DNA of 64,000 bases from an uncultured Alphaproteobacteria bacterium. GTDB taxonomy: Bacteria > Pseudomonadota > Alphaproteobacteria > Caulobacterales > Caulobacteraceae. Shown one piece after another: positions 1 through 12,297 of this stretch. The notes under the pieces were generated by a model that worked only from the letters and a program-made list of their open reading frames with translations, did not search any database and was not told where the DNA came from. The number at the start of each line of letters is the position of its first letter. Within the stretch, counting starts at the first letter, position 1. Location of the stretch: NCBI GenBank assembly GCA_963775275.1, contig CAVZII010000005.1, forward strand, positions 1,731,445-1,795,444, in the 5' to 3' direction. A program made the position numbers and the translations under genes.

Positions 1-323
1 TCAAGCCCAGCCGGCTCGACGCGGCGCTGGACGCGGTGACCCAGGCCGGCGCATCGGGCCTGACGGTCACCGAGGTGCGCGGCTACGGGCGCCAGAAGGG
101 CAAGACCGAGGTCTACAGGGGCGCGGAATACGAGGTGAAGCTGCTGCCCAAGGTCAAGCTCGAGATCGCCGTGCCGTCCGACATCGCCGAGCGCGTGGTC
201 GAGGCCGTGGCCAAGGCCGCCAACACCGGCAAGATCGGCGACGGCAAGGTGTTCGTGACGGACCTGGAGCAGGCCCTGCGCATCCGCACCGGCGAGCGCG
301 ACGCCCAGGCGATCGCGGGCTAA
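1..323 (+). CDS. glnB: Nitrogen regulatory protein P-II (GlnB/GlnK family), 5'-truncated by the window edge
   Basis: Frame 3 translation KPSRLDAALDAV..GLTVTEVRGYGRQKGKTEVYRGAEYEVKLLPKVKLEIAV..GKIGDGKVFV matches the P-II family over its whole length, including the T-loop. Stop at 321-323. Confidence 0.85.
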   Translation, partial: KPSRLDAALDAVTQAGASGLTVTEVRGYGRQKGKTEVYRGAEYEVKLLPKVKLEIAVPSDIAERVVEAVAKAANTGKIGDGKVFVTDLEQALRIRTGERDAQAIAG

Positions 324-1063
324 CCCTCGTCCTGGCCGAACAGCCCGGTCGCCTGCGCTGGCGTCTCGGCCCCAGCCGTCCCCTGATTGGCGAGCAGGAA
401 CAGGGCCGCCTCCGATCGCCAGTTCTCGAACGCGCTGCGCGGGTCGATGGGCCTGGGGGGATGGCCGGTGGTGAGCGCCGCGCAGTGCTCGATCCTGAGG
501 CCGAGGTCGTCGGTCAGGATCACGAAGTCCTTCAGCGTGCACATGTGGATGTTGGGCGTCGACCACCAGTGGTGCGGCAGGGCCGGCGTCTCGGGCATGC
601 GCCCGTTCGTCAGCAATGCAAGGCGCGTGCGCCAATGCCCGAAATTGGGGAAGGAGACGACGGCGCGGCCGGCGATGCGCAGCAGCTCGGCCAGGACGTC
701 CCTGGGCGCGACCGTCGCCTGCAGGGTCTGGGACAGGATGGCGTAGTCGAAGGCGTTGGCGGGGAAGTCCTTGAGGTCGCGGTCGGCGTCGCCCTGCACC
801 ACCGCCAGGCCCCTGGCGAGGCAGGCGGAGACCCCGCCCGAGCTGATCTCGAGCCCGCGCCCGTCGCAGCCCTTCTCGGTGGCCAGGAGCTCGAGCAACG
901 CGCCCTCGCCACAGCCCACGTCCAGCACGCGCGAGCCAGGCCGCACCAGGCGCAGGATCTCTGCGAAGTCGGGCCTCAGCTCGCCCGGCCGGCCGATGTC
1001 GCGGCTGGGCCGCAGCCGCGCGCCGGGGGATGCGGCCTCGCCGTTGGCGCGAAGCGCGGTCAC
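320..1063 (-). CDS. metW: Methionine biosynthesis protein MetW
   Basis: C-terminal 218 aa of the 320..1981 ORF carry the MetW methyltransferase-like fold ([16 protein letters not shown]...). Proposed GTG start at 1063 overlaps the metX TGA (GTGA coupling); no in-frame ATG lies upstream, so the start is uncertain. Confidence 0.75.
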   Translation of the reverse strand: MTALRANGEAASPGARLRPSRDIGRPGELRPDFAEILRLVRPGSRVLDVGCGEGALLELLATEKGCDGRGLEISSGGVSACLARGLAVVQGDADRDLKDFPANAFDYAILSQTLQATVAPRDVLAELLRIAGRAVVSFPNFGHWRTRLALLTNGRMPETPALPHHWWSTPNIHMCTLKDFVILTDDLGLRIEHCAALTTGHPPRPIDPRSAFENWRSEAALFLLANQGTAGAETPAQATGLFGQDEG

Positions 1064-2208
1064 AGCACGCCCCGCGCCTTGCCGGCCGAGTCGATGAACC
1101 CCTGGAGCGCCGCCTGCATGACCGGCTCGTCGAGCAGGAAGGCGTCGTGGCCCTTGTCGCTCTCGATCTCGACGAAGCTGGCGCGGGCGCCGGCCGCGTT
1201 CAGGGCGCGCACGATCGTGCGGCTCTCGGTGGTCGGATAGAGCCAGTCCGAGGTGAAGGAGAGCACGCAGAAGCGCACCTGCCGCGCCCGGGTGAAGGCC
1301 TGGGCCAAGGCGCCGCCGTGGCTCTGCGCCAGGTCGAAGTAGTCCATCGCCCGGGTGATGTAGAGGTAGGAGTTGGCGTCGAAGCGCTCGACGAACCTCG
1401 CGCCCTGGTGGCGCAGGTAGCTCTCCACCTGGAAGTCGGCGTCGAAGCCCCAGCTGAGGCCGTCGCGCTGGAGCTGGCGGCCGAACTTGCGCTGCAGGGC
1501 GGCTTCGGAAAGGTAGGTGATGTGCGCGGCCATGCGCGCCACCGCCAGGCCCTTCTCGGGCCGGACGCCCTGGCGCGCGTAGTCGCCGCCGCGCCAGTCC
1601 GGATCGGCCATGATCGCCTGGCGTCCGACCTCGTGCAGGGCGATGTTCTGGGCCGAGTGGCGCGCGGCCGCCGCGATGCAGACCGCCGCATAGAGCCGCT
1701 CTGGATAGTCCGCCGCCCACTGCAGCACCTGCATGCCGCCCATGGAGCCGCCGACCACCGCCAGCAGGGTCTCGACGCCCAGGTGGTCGAGCAGCATGGC
1801 CTGGGCGCGCACCATGTCGGCGATGGTGATCACGGGAAAGCTCACGCCATAGGGCTGGCCTGTGGCCGGGTCGATCGAGCCGGGTCCGGTCGTGCCCATG
1901 CACCCGCCCACCACGTTGGAGCAGATGATGAAGTGGCGCTGCGGGTCGATCGCCCGAGCGGGCCCGACCGTGCTGCTCCACCAGCCGGGCTTGCCGGTGA
2001 TGGGATTGTTCGACGCCACGTGCTGGTCCAGCGTCAGGGCGTGGCAGATCAGGATGGCGTTGGACCGGTCCGCGTTCAGCCGGCCATAGGTGCGGTAGGC
2101 GATCTCCAGATCCTGGATCCGACCGCCGGACTCCAGCTGGAGCGCGCGGCCGGAAAAGCGCGCGACGCCTTCGTCCGACACGATCCTGGTTGCGCCATCC
2201 TCGGCCAT
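1060..2208 (-). CDS. metX: Homoserine O-acetyltransferase MetX
   Basis: 382 aa starting [10 protein letters not shown]. Alpha/beta-hydrolase acyltransferase with the GGSMGG nucleophile motif and full-length similarity to MetX. ATG at 2208 is inside the longer 1060..2763 ORF. Confidence 0.9.
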   Translation of the reverse strand: MAEDGATRIVSDEGVARFSGRALQLESGGRIQDLEIAYRTYGRLNADRSNAILICHALTLDQHVASNNPITGKPGWWSSTVGPARAIDPQRHFIICSNVVGGCMGTTGPGSIDPATGQPYGVSFPVITIADMVRAQAMLLDHLGVETLLAVVGGSMGGMQVLQWAADYPERLYAAVCIAAAARHSAQNIALHEVGRQAIMADPDWRGGDYARQGVRPEKGLAVARMAAHITYLSEAALQRKFGRQLQRDGLSWGFDADFQVESYLRHQGARFVERFDANSYLYITRAMDYFDLAQSHGGALAQAFTRARQVRFCVLSFTSDWLYPTTESRTIVRALNAAGARASFVEIESDKGHDAFLLDEPVMQAALQGFIDSAGKARGVL

Positions 2209-2411
2209 GGCGGCCTTGGACAGCTTGACCGGGAAGCTGTCAACGGGCGCGTTCCAGCCGGGACGCTTCCAGGTCGCCGCCCGCTTGATCCGACCTGACG
2301 CCCATCCCGCTGCCGCGATTCTCCACTCGGTCGCGATTTCGGACAGCGAACCGGTACCCACTTCGCCTGAAATCGCTCTAAGGAGATTCAATGCCCGACC
2401 CGGCGACATCG

Positions 2412-2913
2412 ATGCGGCGGCTGATCCTGATGCGGCACGGCGAGGCCGAGCGCCCGCGGCCGGGGCTGGAGGATTTCGAGCGCGCCCTGAACGCCGAGGG
2501 ACAGGCCGAAATCGGCCCGCGTGGGACGCGCCATCGCCGAAGCGGGCCTGGCGCCGGACCTGGCCCTGGTCTCGACGGCGACGCGGGCGCTGGAGACCTG
2601 GCGCGCCGTCGCGCCGTCCTTCCCGAAGGCCCAGGTTCGCGAGGACGCCGGCCTCTACGCCGCCCCGGCCTCGCGCCTGGCGGCGGCCGTGCGCGACGCG
2701 CCAGCGGCGCTGAGCGTGATCCTGGTGGGCCACAATCCCGGCCTTCACCAGTACGCTGTCCACCTGGCGCGCCAGGCCGACGCCTCGGGCGCCGAGGCGC
2801 GGACACTCTACGAGAAGCTCCCGACCGGGGCCGCGGCCGTGTTCGCGCTGGACGAGGCGGGCCGGCCGACGCTGGAGCGCCTGTTCCTGCCCAAGGCGCT
2901 GAGGGGACGATGA
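2412..2913 (+). CDS. sixA: Phosphohistidine phosphatase SixA-like (histidine phosphatase superfamily), interrupted by an apparent +1 frameshift near 2514
   Basis: N-terminus [13 protein letters not shown] (RHG catalytic motif) is in frame 0, and the remainder (..[35 protein letters not shown]..) is in frame 1 (track ORF 2521..2913). Removing one g of the 'gg' at 2514/2515 restores a continuous ~166-aa protein. Confidence 0.7.
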
Positions 2914-3233
2914 GCCTGATCTACAAGATCCTGCCCCAGGCCGAATGGGACGAGGCGCTCGCCGCCGGCCGCTTCGAAGGCTCGGGCATCGACCTGAAGG
3001 ACGGCTTCATCCACTTCTCGTCCCGGGAGCAGCTCAGCGAGACCCTGCGCCTTCACTTCGCCGGCCGGACGGGCCTCCTGGTCGTGGCCGTGGAGGCGTC
3101 TTCGCTCGGCGAGGCCCTGAAATGGGAGCCGTCGCGGGGCGGCGAGCTCTTCCCGCACCTCTATGGCGCCTTGCCGACCGAGCTCGCCTTGTCGGTCGAG
3201 CCGGTCGTCCCTCCGGGCGGCGGGGCCGCTTGA
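2910..3233 (+). CDS. DUF952 domain protein
   Basis: 107 aa [54 protein letters not shown], typical of the DUF952 family. ATG overlaps the sixA stop (ATGA). Confidence 0.8.
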   Translation: MSLIYKILPQAEWDEALAAGRFEGSGIDLKDGFIHFSSREQLSETLRLHFAGRTGLLVVAVEASSLGEALKWEPSRGGELFPHLYGALPTELALSVEPVVPPGGGAA

Positions 3234-4285
3234 GCCTGTTGGCCGACATCGGGGCGGCGGCGCTGCGGCGGCTGGACGCCGAGACCGCCCACAGGCTCGC
3301 GATCAAGGCGCTGAGCTCGGGCCTGGGTCCCGGCGCCGCGGGGCCGAACGACCCGGTCCTGCAGACCGATGTCGCGGGCCTGAGGCTGCCCAACGGCGTT
3401 GGCCTGGCGGCTGGCTTCGACAAGGACGCCGAGGCCCCGGACGCCATGCTGCGGGCCGGGTTCGGCTTCGTGGAGTGCGGCACGGTCACGCCGGCGCCCC
3501 AGCCCGGCAATCCGCGCCCGCGGGTGTTCCGGCTGGCCGAGGACCGGGCGGTGATCAACCGCTACGGCTTCAACAGCCAGGGACTCGCCGCATTCGCCGG
3601 CCGCCTGGAGCGGCGGGCACGGACCGGGGTCGTCGGGGCCAACATCGGGGCGAACAAGGACTCCGAGGACCGCGTCGGCGACTATGTCGAGGGGCTGAGG
3701 CGCCTCTGGACCCTGGCCGACTACTTCACCGTCAATATCTCCTCGCCCAACACGCCGGGGCTGCGCGACCTGCAGGCGCGCGCGGCGTTGGACGATCTGC
3801 TGGGGCGCCTGGCCGAGGCGCGCGCGGCGCTCAGCGCCGACGCCGGCGCGCGGCCGCTGCTGCTCAAGGTGGCGCCGGACCTGGAGGCTCGTCAGATCGA
3901 CGACATCTGCGGCTCGGTCCAGGCCCATGGCCTGGACGGAATCATCGTCGGAAACACCACGCTCAGCCGGCCGATGTGGCTGCACTCGAGTCTCAGGACC
4001 GAGGCGGGCGGGCTCTCGGGCGCGCCCCTGATGGCGCTGTCGACCCGGGTCCTGCGTCTCTTCCGCCAGAAGGCCGGCGACAGCCTCGCCCTGATCGGTT
4101 GCGGCGGGATCGGCTCGGGCGAGGACGCCTACGCCAAGATCCGCGCCGGCGCCCGCGCGGTCCAGCTCTATACCGCCATGGCCTATCAGGGCCTGGGCCT
4201 GGTCGGCCGGATCAAGCGCGACCTCGCGGCGCGTCTGCGCGCGGACGGCTTCGCGAGCCTTGGCGAGGCGGTCGGGACCAGCTGA
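3230..4285 (+). CDS. pyrD: Dihydroorotate dehydrogenase (quinone), class 2
   Basis: 351 aa with full-length PyrD similarity (..[52 protein letters not shown]). Likely TTG start at 3230, overlapping the DUF952 stop; no ATG is available. Confidence 0.85.
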   Translation: MSLLADIGAAALRRLDAETAHRLAIKALSSGLGPGAAGPNDPVLQTDVAGLRLPNGVGLAAGFDKDAEAPDAMLRAGFGFVECGTVTPAPQPGNPRPRVFRLAEDRAVINRYGFNSQGLAAFAGRLERRARTGVVGANIGANKDSEDRVGDYVEGLRRLWTLADYFTVNISSPNTPGLRDLQARAALDDLLGRLAEARAALSADAGARPLLLKVAPDLEARQIDDICGSVQAHGLDGIIVGNTTLSRPMWLHSSLRTEAGGLSGAPLMALSTRVLRLFRQKAGDSLALIGCGGIGSGEDAYAKIRAGARAVQLYTAMAYQGLGLVGRIKRDLAARLRADGFASLGEAVGTS

Positions 4286-4373
4286 CCCGTTGTGCCGGGC
4301 GCTCCCGGCGCCTATCATCGGGGCCGGCGCAGCTCCCCTTGCGCCTCAAGTGCTGTCAGCGAGATTTCCCGAG

Positions 4374-4934
4374 ATGGACGTGAAGGTCCCGGCCATGTCC
4401 GCCGCGCGCGCGAGCGTCCAAGGCTACGATCCCAAGCTGCACGACCCTTTCTTCGACGGCGTGTCCGACGCCCTGGCCGACAAGGGCTTCGTGACCGCGG
4501 GCCTGGACGACGTGATCACCTGGGCGCGTACGGGCTCGTTGATGTGGATGACCTTCGGGCTCGCCTGCTGCGCGGTCGAGATGATGCAGGCCTCGATGCC
4601 GCGCTATGACCTCGAGCGGTTCGGCTTCGCGCCCCGCGCCAGCCCGCGCCAGTCGGACGTGATGATCGTGGCGGGCACCTTGACCAACAAGATGGCTCCG
4701 GCCCTGCGCAAGGTCTACGACCAGATGCCCGAGCCGCGCTACGTGATCTCGATGGGCAGCTGCGCCAACGGCGGCGGCTACTACCACTACAGCTACGCCA
4801 TCGTCCGCGGCTGCGACCGGATCGTGCCGGTGGACGTCTATGTGCCGGGCTGTCCGCCCACCGCCGAGGCCCTGGTCTACGGCGTGCTGCAGCTGCAGAA
4901 GAAGATCCGCCGCACCGGCACGATCGAGCGGTAA
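4374..4934 (+). CDS. nuoB: NADH-quinone oxidoreductase subunit B (NuoB/Nqo6 family), stand-alone copy
   Basis: 186 aa [53 protein letters not shown]. All four Cys ligands of the N2 [4Fe-4S] cluster are present. No nuoA or nuoC is adjacent. Confidence 0.8.
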   Translation: MDVKVPAMSAARASVQGYDPKLHDPFFDGVSDALADKGFVTAGLDDVITWARTGSLMWMTFGLACCAVEMMQASMPRYDLERFGFAPRASPRQSDVMIVAGTLTNKMAPALRKVYDQMPEPRYVISMGSCANGGGYYHYSYAIVRGCDRIVPVDVYVPGCPPTAEALVYGVLQLQKKIRRTGTIER

Positions 4935-4992
4935 GCGATCGCACGAGAAGCGGGGACCGGTTCTCCGTTCGCGATCGCGCCGACGAGCGATG

Positions 4993-5589
4993 TCAGGCGG
5001 GCCGCGCCCGGCGAAGGGTGAGATTGATCCGCCCGCCGCCCTCGATCAGGCGCGAGGAGCCCGGAAGGATCCGGTCCACGCCGTGATGCCAGAGCCGCGC
5101 CTCACCCGCCAGGATGCAGGCGTCGCCGGAACTGAGCCTGAGCGTCCGCGTCGGATCGCGCCGTGTCGGGCCCCCCAGGCGGAAGACGGCCGTGTCCCCC
5201 AAAGACACCGACAGCACCGGGAACGAGAAGTCCGCCTCGTCCCGGTCCTGGTGCATTCCCATGCGCGCCTGCGGCCCATAAAGGTTCACCAGGCAGGCGT
5301 CCGGCGGCGAGGGTGAACCGGTCAGACGGTCCCACAGCCCGAGCAGGACCTCGGGGATCGGCGGCCAGGGGCGGCCGGTCTTCGGGTGCAGGGGCTCGTA
5401 GCGGTAGCCCCTGGCGTCGGTGATCCAGCCGAGCGGGCCGAGGTTGGTCATGCGCACGGACATCGGCTGGCCGCCCGGCGTGACCGGCCGGTAGAAGGGC
5501 GCCTCTTCGGCGGCGGCCATGACCTCGTCCGCCAGCGCGCGCTGTGCGTCCGCGTGCAGGGCGTCGGGGAAGAGGCGGAAGCCGTCCAT
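4993..5589 (-). CDS. alkB: Alpha-ketoglutarate-dependent dioxygenase AlkB (DNA/RNA alkylation repair)
   Basis: 199 aa MDGFRLFPDAL..NLYGPQARMGMHQDRDE..GDTAVFRLGG.. with the Fe(II)/2OG dioxygenase HxD...H pattern. An alternative start lies at 5625. Confidence 0.8.
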   Translation of the reverse strand: MDGFRLFPDALHADAQRALADEVMAAAEEAPFYRPVTPGGQPMSVRMTNLGPLGWITDARGYRYEPLHPKTGRPWPPIPEVLLGLWDRLTGSPSPPDACLVNLYGPQARMGMHQDRDEADFSFPVLSVSLGDTAVFRLGGPTRRDPTRTLRLSSGDACILAGEARLWHHGVDRILPGSSRLIEGGGRINLTLRRARPA

Positions 5590-5663
5590 GGCCCGATGAT
5601 AAGCCCTGGATGGAGGAACGTTCACTGGCCCGGCGCGCGCCTATCGCCTAGCGTGCAGACGCG

Positions 5664-8297
5664 ATGCTCGTCCGCGCCCTCCTCTGCTGCGCACTGATCG
5701 CGGCCCTGGCCGCCTGCCGCGGGCCGGCGCCGAAGCCGCCGGCCGCCCCGGCGGGGCCCGGACAGGCCGTGCGCCTGCCGGCCGACGTGGTCCCCTCGGC
5801 CTACCGGATCAGCGTCACGCCCGACGCAGAGCGCATGGCCTTCAAGGGCCACGTCTCCATCGACGTCGAGGTCAGCTCGCCCGTGCGGGCGATCGTGATG
5901 AACGCCAACGAGCTCACCGTCTCGCGCGCCGCGGTGGACGGCCAGCCGGCGGCCGGGATCGCCCTGGACCCGGCGGCGGAGACGCTCACCCTGACGCTCG
6001 ACCGGCCGATCGCGGCGGGGCGGCACGTCGTGGACATCGACTACGCCGGCAAGATCAACCAGGGCGCCTACGGCCTCTTCGCCCTCGACTACGACACGCC
6101 CCAGGGCCATCGGCGCATGCTCGCCACCCAGTTCGAGAACGTCGACGCGCGCCGCTTCGTCCCCTCGTGGGACGAGCCCGCCCGCAAGGCGAGCTTCCAG
6201 CTGACCGTCACCGCGCCGCAGGACGAGATGGCGGTCTCGAACATGCCCATCGCCGAGGAGCATCCCCTGGCGGGCGGCCTGAAGCAGGTGAGCTTCCAGG
6301 CGACGCCCAAGATGTCGTCCTATCTGCTGTTCCTGGGCCTTGGGGACCTCGAGCGGATCAGCCGCAAGGTGGACGGCGTCGACGTCGGGGTCGTGTTCCG
6401 GCGCGGCGCGGCGGACAAGGCGCGCTATGCCCTCGACCGGGCGAGCGAGCTGCTCGGCTACTACGATCGCTACTTCGCGATCCCCTATCCCCTGCCCAAG
6501 CTCGATCTCGTCGCCGCGCCGGGCGCGGCGGGCTTCGCGGCCATGGAGAACTGGGGCGCGATCCTCTTCTTCGAGAACCGGATCCTGGTCGATCCCAGGC
6601 TCGCCACCGAGGCCGACCGCCGCGACGATGCGGTCACCATCGCCCACGAGATGGCCCACCAGTGGTTCGGCGACTTGGTGACCCCGAGCTGGTGGGACGA
6701 CGTCTGGCTGAACGAGAGCTTCGCCCAGTGGATGGAGGCCAAGTCGGTGAACGACCTGCATCCGGACTGGCGGGTCTGGCTCAGCGAGGCGGGCGGGCGC
6801 GAGGCGGCGATGAGGCTGGACGCGACCTCGGCCACCCACCCGGTGGTCGAGCCGGCCGAGACGCTGGACCAGGTCAACGAGATCCCCGACGCCATCGTCT
6901 ACGACAAGGGCGCGGCGGTGGTGCGCATGCTCGAGGCCTATGTGGGCGAGGACGCCTGGCGCGAGGGGGTGCGGGCGTACCTTCGCCGCTTCGCCTACTC
7001 GAACGCCACGCACGCCGACTTCTGGAAGGCGATGGAGACGGCGTCCAAGCGGCCGGTGGCCGCCATCGCCCACGACTTCACCGAGCAGGACGGCCTGCCC
7101 CTGGTCGGGGTGGACATCATGGTCGGCCAGGGAACGGGCTCGGGCGTCTTCCTGACCCAGCAGCGCCTGGCGGCCGACGCCGGCTCCACCGGCGAGCGGC
7201 ACTGGCGGATTCCCGTCATGGCCCAGCCGGCTGGCGGCGGCGCCAGGGTCTCGACCCTTGTGCGGGGCGGGCCGCTGGTGACCGCCCTGACCAGCCCCGC
7301 GCCCGGCCCCCTGGTGATCAATCCCGGCCAGGTGGGCTACTTTCGCACGCTCTACGCCCCCTCGGCCTTCGCCCCGATCGAGGCGCGGCTGGCCAGCCTT
7401 GAGGCGGCCGACCAGCTCGGGCTCATCAGCGACGCCTGGGCCTTCGGCCAGTCCGGCGACGCGCCCGCCGCACACTTGATGGAACTGGTCGACCAGCTGC
7501 CGGCCGGCGCCGATCCCAGGGTGTGGGACCAGGTCCTGCCGATCCTGTCCGACATCGACAGCCTCTACGCCGGCCGGCCCGGCCAGGCGGCGTTCCGAGC
7601 CTGGGCGCGGCGCAAGCTCGGGGCCGTCCTCGCGCGCGCGGGCTGGAGCGCGCGCTCGCGGGCGTCTGACACGGCGGCGGTGCTGAGGGGCGACCTGATC
7701 GAGAGCCTTGGCGATCTGGGCGATCCGGCGGTGATCGCCGAGGCCCGGCGCCGGTTCGCCGCCTTGCAGCAGGGGTCCGACCTGCCCGCGGACATCCATA
7801 CCGCGGTGCTGCGCGTGGTCGGCCGCAACGCGGACGCGGCGAGCTTCGAGGCGCTGGCCAGGCTGGCCTCGGCCGCCAAGGATCCCGCCGAGCGGCGCAG
7901 CTATCTGGTCGCCCTGGCCGGGGCCGAGGATCCGGCCCTGGCGCGACGGGCGCTCGACATGTCGCTGACGCCCGCGATCCCGACCACCCTGGCGCCGGTG
8001 ATGATCCGACGCGTGGCCGCGCGCCATCCCGACCTCGCCTGGCGCTTCGCCTTGGACCACGCCGCCGAGATCCGGCCGCGGCTCGATCCGTCGCAGGTCC
8101 TGAATTTCGCCCCGCGCCTGCTCAGCCAGTCAGCCGACGCGGACAGGGCGAACGAGCTGAGGGCCTATGCCGAGAAGACCTTCCCGCCGGGCGGGCGGCG
8201 CGAATCCGACAAGGTCGTCGCCCGCATCCTGCAGCGCGCCGACGTCCGGGCCCGCCGGCTGGACGACATCGACCGCTGGCTCAAGGCCAACGGATAG
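5664..8297 (+). CDS. pepN: Aminopeptidase N / M1-family zinc metallopeptidase, lipoprotein-type signal peptide
   Basis: 877 aa. N-terminal MLVRALLCCALIAALAACRG (lipobox-like). HEMAHQWFGDLVT zinc motif plus WLNESFAQW, the M1 gluzincin signature. Confidence 0.9.
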   Translation: MLVRALLCCALIAALAACRGPAPKPPAAPAGPGQAVRLPADVVPSAYRISVTPDAERMAFKGHVSIDVEVSSPVRAIVMNANELTVSRAAVDGQPAAGIALDPAAETLTLTLDRPIAAGRHVVDIDYAGKINQGAYGLFALDYDTPQGHRRMLATQFENVDARRFVPSWDEPARKASFQLTVTAPQDEMAVSNMPIAEEHPLAGGLKQVSFQATPKMSSYLLFLGLGDLERISRKVDGVDVGVVFRRGAADKARYALDRASELLGYYDRYFAIPYPLPKLDLVAAPGAAGFAAMENWGAILFFENRILVDPRLATEADRRDDAVTIAHEMAHQWFGDLVTPSWWDDVWLNESFAQWMEAKSVNDLHPDWRVWLSEAGGREAAMRLDATSATHPVVEPAETLDQVNEIPDAIVYDKGAAVVRMLEAYVGEDAWREGVRAYLRRFAYSNATHADFWKAMETASKRPVAAIAHDFTEQDGLPLVGVDIMVGQGTGSGVFLTQQRLAADAGSTGERHWRIPVMAQPAGGGARVSTLVRGGPLVTALTSPAPGPLVINPGQVGYFRTLYAPSAFAPIEARLASLEAADQLGLISDAWAFGQSGDAPAAHLMELVDQLPAGADPRVWDQVLPILSDIDSLYAGRPGQAAFRAWARRKLGAVLARAGWSARSRASDTAAVLRGDLIESLGDLGDPAVIAEARRRFAALQQGSDLPADIHTAVLRVVGRNADAASFEALARLASAAKDPAERRSYLVALAGAEDPALARRALDMSLTPAIPTTLAPVMIRRVAARHPDLAWRFALDHAAEIRPRLDPSQVLNFAPRLLSQSADADRANELRAYAEKTFPPGGRRESDKVVARILQRADVRARRLDDIDRWLKANG

Positions 8298-8309
8298 GCG
8301 CGCGCCCGG

Positions 8310-8672
8310 TCAGGGCTCGAAGCTATAGGCCGTGATCCGGCAGAGGTTCACGCCCTTCTTCTCCACCATGTCCCCGCTGTTCATCAGGAACATCAGGTCG
8401 AATGTGCAGATCCCGTTGGGATCATCGACCTTCAAGGTCACGGTCTTGCCCGCGCCGGCGGTCTGCTTGCCCAAAAGGTCGTCCGACATGTTCAAGGTCC
8501 CCGCCGGCGCGACGTAGACGGACGTGATGCCGTTCTTGCCGTCGTTGGTGAGCTTGATGACATGGACGCCTGCGGCCGACGCGGCGGCCGGCGTCGCCGG
8601 GCTCGTCTGGCCCCATGCGGTTGCGGCCGCCATGACCGCCGCCGCCGCTAAATTTGCTGTCCTGACCCCCAT
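8310..8672 (-). CDS. Hypothetical small secreted protein (signal peptide, 2 Cys)
   Basis: 120 aa. N-terminal MGVRTANLAAAAVMAAATAWGQTSPA reads as a signal peptide. Native-like codon usage; no recognisable domain. Confidence 0.55.
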   Translation of the reverse strand: MGVRTANLAAAAVMAAATAWGQTSPATPAAASAAGVHVIKLTNDGKNGITSVYVAPAGTLNMSDDLLGKQTAGAGKTVTLKVDDPNGICTFDLMFLMNSGDMVEKKGVNLCRITAYSFEP

Positions 8673-8861
8673 GCGCGCTTCCCTCCCGCGGTCGTCCTCG
8701 TGGGCGATCGCTTCTGCGCGCAGGGTCCGGCGGCGTCTCGCCGGAACGCATGACCTAGCCTGGGCGGGCGCTGCCCGCCGGGCCCCGCTGGCGGGAAGGT
8801 TAGCGTGTCCGATGGCGCGGGTTAATAGCCTCGGACGGTCGGCCCGAACCCGTTCCAGGCT

Positions 8862-8890
8862 CTTGCAGCGCGACCGAGCTTACCCATATG
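8862..8890 (+). promoter_or_regulatory. Candidate sigma-32 (RpoH) heat-shock promoter of dnaK
   Basis: tCTTGcAg-N14-aCCCATATg, about 170 bp upstream of the dnaK ATG, matches the CTTGAA-N13-15-CCCCATNT consensus. Confidence 0.45.
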
Positions 8891-9056
8891 CCAAACCGGA
8901 CGGCGCGCCTTGGCGCAGCCGGACGCCAGGGGCCTGTGTCAAAGGACACTTTGCGGGGCTCCGCCCAACTGGAGACCCGATCGAACCGGGGACGGACACC
9001 CAAGGCGCTCGCGACGAGGCCTCCGGTCCGCCGCCCGCAAGGAGCGAACTGATCTC

Positions 9057-10964
<1,908 letters not shown>

Positions 10965-10989
10965 TCGACTGACGTTCCAGACGCCCCTC

Positions 10990-11027
10990 GCGGCCGGCGA
11001 ACCGGCGGCGAGGGGCGCTTGACGATG
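10990..11027 (+). terminator. dnaK-dnaJ intergenic GC-rich hairpin (attenuator or partial terminator)
   Basis: cgcccctcgcggccggcgaaccggcggcgaggggcg forms an inverted repeat with a 10-bp stem, 26 nt after the dnaK stop. Confidence 0.45.
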
Positions 11028-11121
11028 GGAGCCGGGACCGTGCGGGACGCGAGCTTGCTTAACGGCCAAGCTGATCCCACTTTGGAAAGGCGGGTTGGGG
11101 CGTATCGGGGCCGGCTCTGAG

Positions 11122-12279
11122 ATGGTGCGTGATTACTACGAGGTGCTGGGCGTCGAACGCGGGTCGCCCGACGATGAGATCAAGCGAGCCTTCCGTAAGC
11201 TCGCCATGGAGCACCATCCTGACCGCAACAACGGGTGCACCGACGCGGAGTCCCGCTTCAAGGAGCTGAACGAGGCCTATTCGGTCCTCTCGGATCCGGC
11301 CAAGCGCGCGGCATACGACCAGTTCGGCCACGCCGGGCTGAACGGCATGAACGGCGGCGGCGCCCAGTTCACCGACATCCACGACATTTTCAACTCGGTG
11401 TTCGGCGAGGCCTTCGGCGACATGTTCGGGGGCCGTGCGCGCCAGCAGGGCCCCAGGCGCGGCCAGGATCTGCGCTACGATCTGGAGATCACGCTGGAGC
11501 AGGCCTACGCCGGCTCGACGGTCGAGATCATGGTGCCCGCCTCGATCACCTGCGAGGTCTGCTCGGGCTCGGGCTGCAAGCCGGGCACCAGCCCGACCAC
11601 CTGCACGACCTGCGGCGGCGCGGGACGCATCCGTGCGAGCCAGGGCTTCTTCGCCATCGAGCGGACCTGCCCGCGCTGCGGCGGCTCCGGGCGGATGGTG
11701 CTGGACCCCTGCACGGCGTGCCACGGCCATGGCCAGGCCCGCAAGGAGCGTACGCTGGAGGTCACGATCCCGCCCGGCGTGGACGACGGCGCACGGATCC
11801 GGCTTGCGGGCGAGGGCGATGCGGGCGCCTACGGCGGCCCGCGCGGCGACCTCTACATCTTCCTGAGCGTGAGGCCCCACGACCTGTTCGAGCGCGACGG
11901 GATGGACCTGCTGTGCACCGTGCCGGCGCCCATGTGCACGGCCGCGCTGGGCGGCGAGATCGAGGTCCCCTGCCTCGCCGAGGCCCAGGGCTGCGTCGAC
12001 GACTGCCGGCTGACGGTGAAGATCCCCGAGGGGACGCAGACCGGCCACAAGGTCCGGATCAAGGGCCGCGGCATGCCGTCCCTGCGCGGCCGGCACAAGG
12101 GCGACCTGCTGGTCGAGATCTTCGTCGAGACCCCGACCCATCTGACCGGCCGCCAGAAGGAGCTGATGCGCGAGCTGGCGTCCTGCTGCGGCGAGACCCA
12201 GCACCCCCGTTCGAGCGGCTTCTTCACCAAGGCCCGCCGGTTCTGGGACGACATCACCGGGGCCGAGGCCCAGGCCTGA
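11122..12279 (+). CDS. dnaJ: Molecular chaperone DnaJ
   Basis: 385 aa. J-domain ([16 protein letters not shown]), Gly/Phe-rich region, four CxxCxGxG zinc-finger repeats and a C-terminal domain. Confidence 0.95.
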   Translation: MVRDYYEVLGVERGSPDDEIKRAFRKLAMEHHPDRNNGCTDAESRFKELNEAYSVLSDPAKRAAYDQFGHAGLNGMNGGGAQFTDIHDIFNSVFGEAFGDMFGGRARQQGPRRGQDLRYDLEITLEQAYAGSTVEIMVPASITCEVCSGSGCKPGTSPTTCTTCGGAGRIRASQGFFAIERTCPRCGGSGRMVLDPCTACHGHGQARKERTLEVTIPPGVDDGARIRLAGEGDAGAYGGPRGDLYIFLSVRPHDLFERDGMDLLCTVPAPMCTAALGGEIEVPCLAEAQGCVDDCRLTVKIPEGTQTGHKVRIKGRGMPSLRGRHKGDLLVEIFVETPTHLTGRQKELMRELASCCGETQHPRSSGFFTKARRFWDDITGAEAQA

Positions 12280-12297
12280 CGTCCCAGGGCTCGGGCT

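Noticed and set aside
320-1981. 553-aa ORF on the minus strand spanning metW and part of metX
   Set aside because: Only its C-terminal 218+ aa (MetW) are real. The N-terminal ~300 aa are Arg/Gly/Pro-rich low-complexity read-through in a frame antisense or offset to metX. The same judgement applies to 461..1240, 1030..2298, 1200..1691 and 2207..2713 (GC-rich shadow ORFs).
5622-8060. 812-aa minus-strand ORF antisense to pepN
   Set aside because: Composition is dominated by R/G/A/P/V with no motifs. The plus-strand M1 aminopeptidase is unambiguous, so this is a classic high-GC shadow ORF. Likewise 9168..11069 and 9755..11080 antisense to dnaK/dnaJ, 11059..12204 and 11235..12686 against dnaJ, 12254..13603 against lpxL, 15451..17199 and 15705..17237 around xseA.
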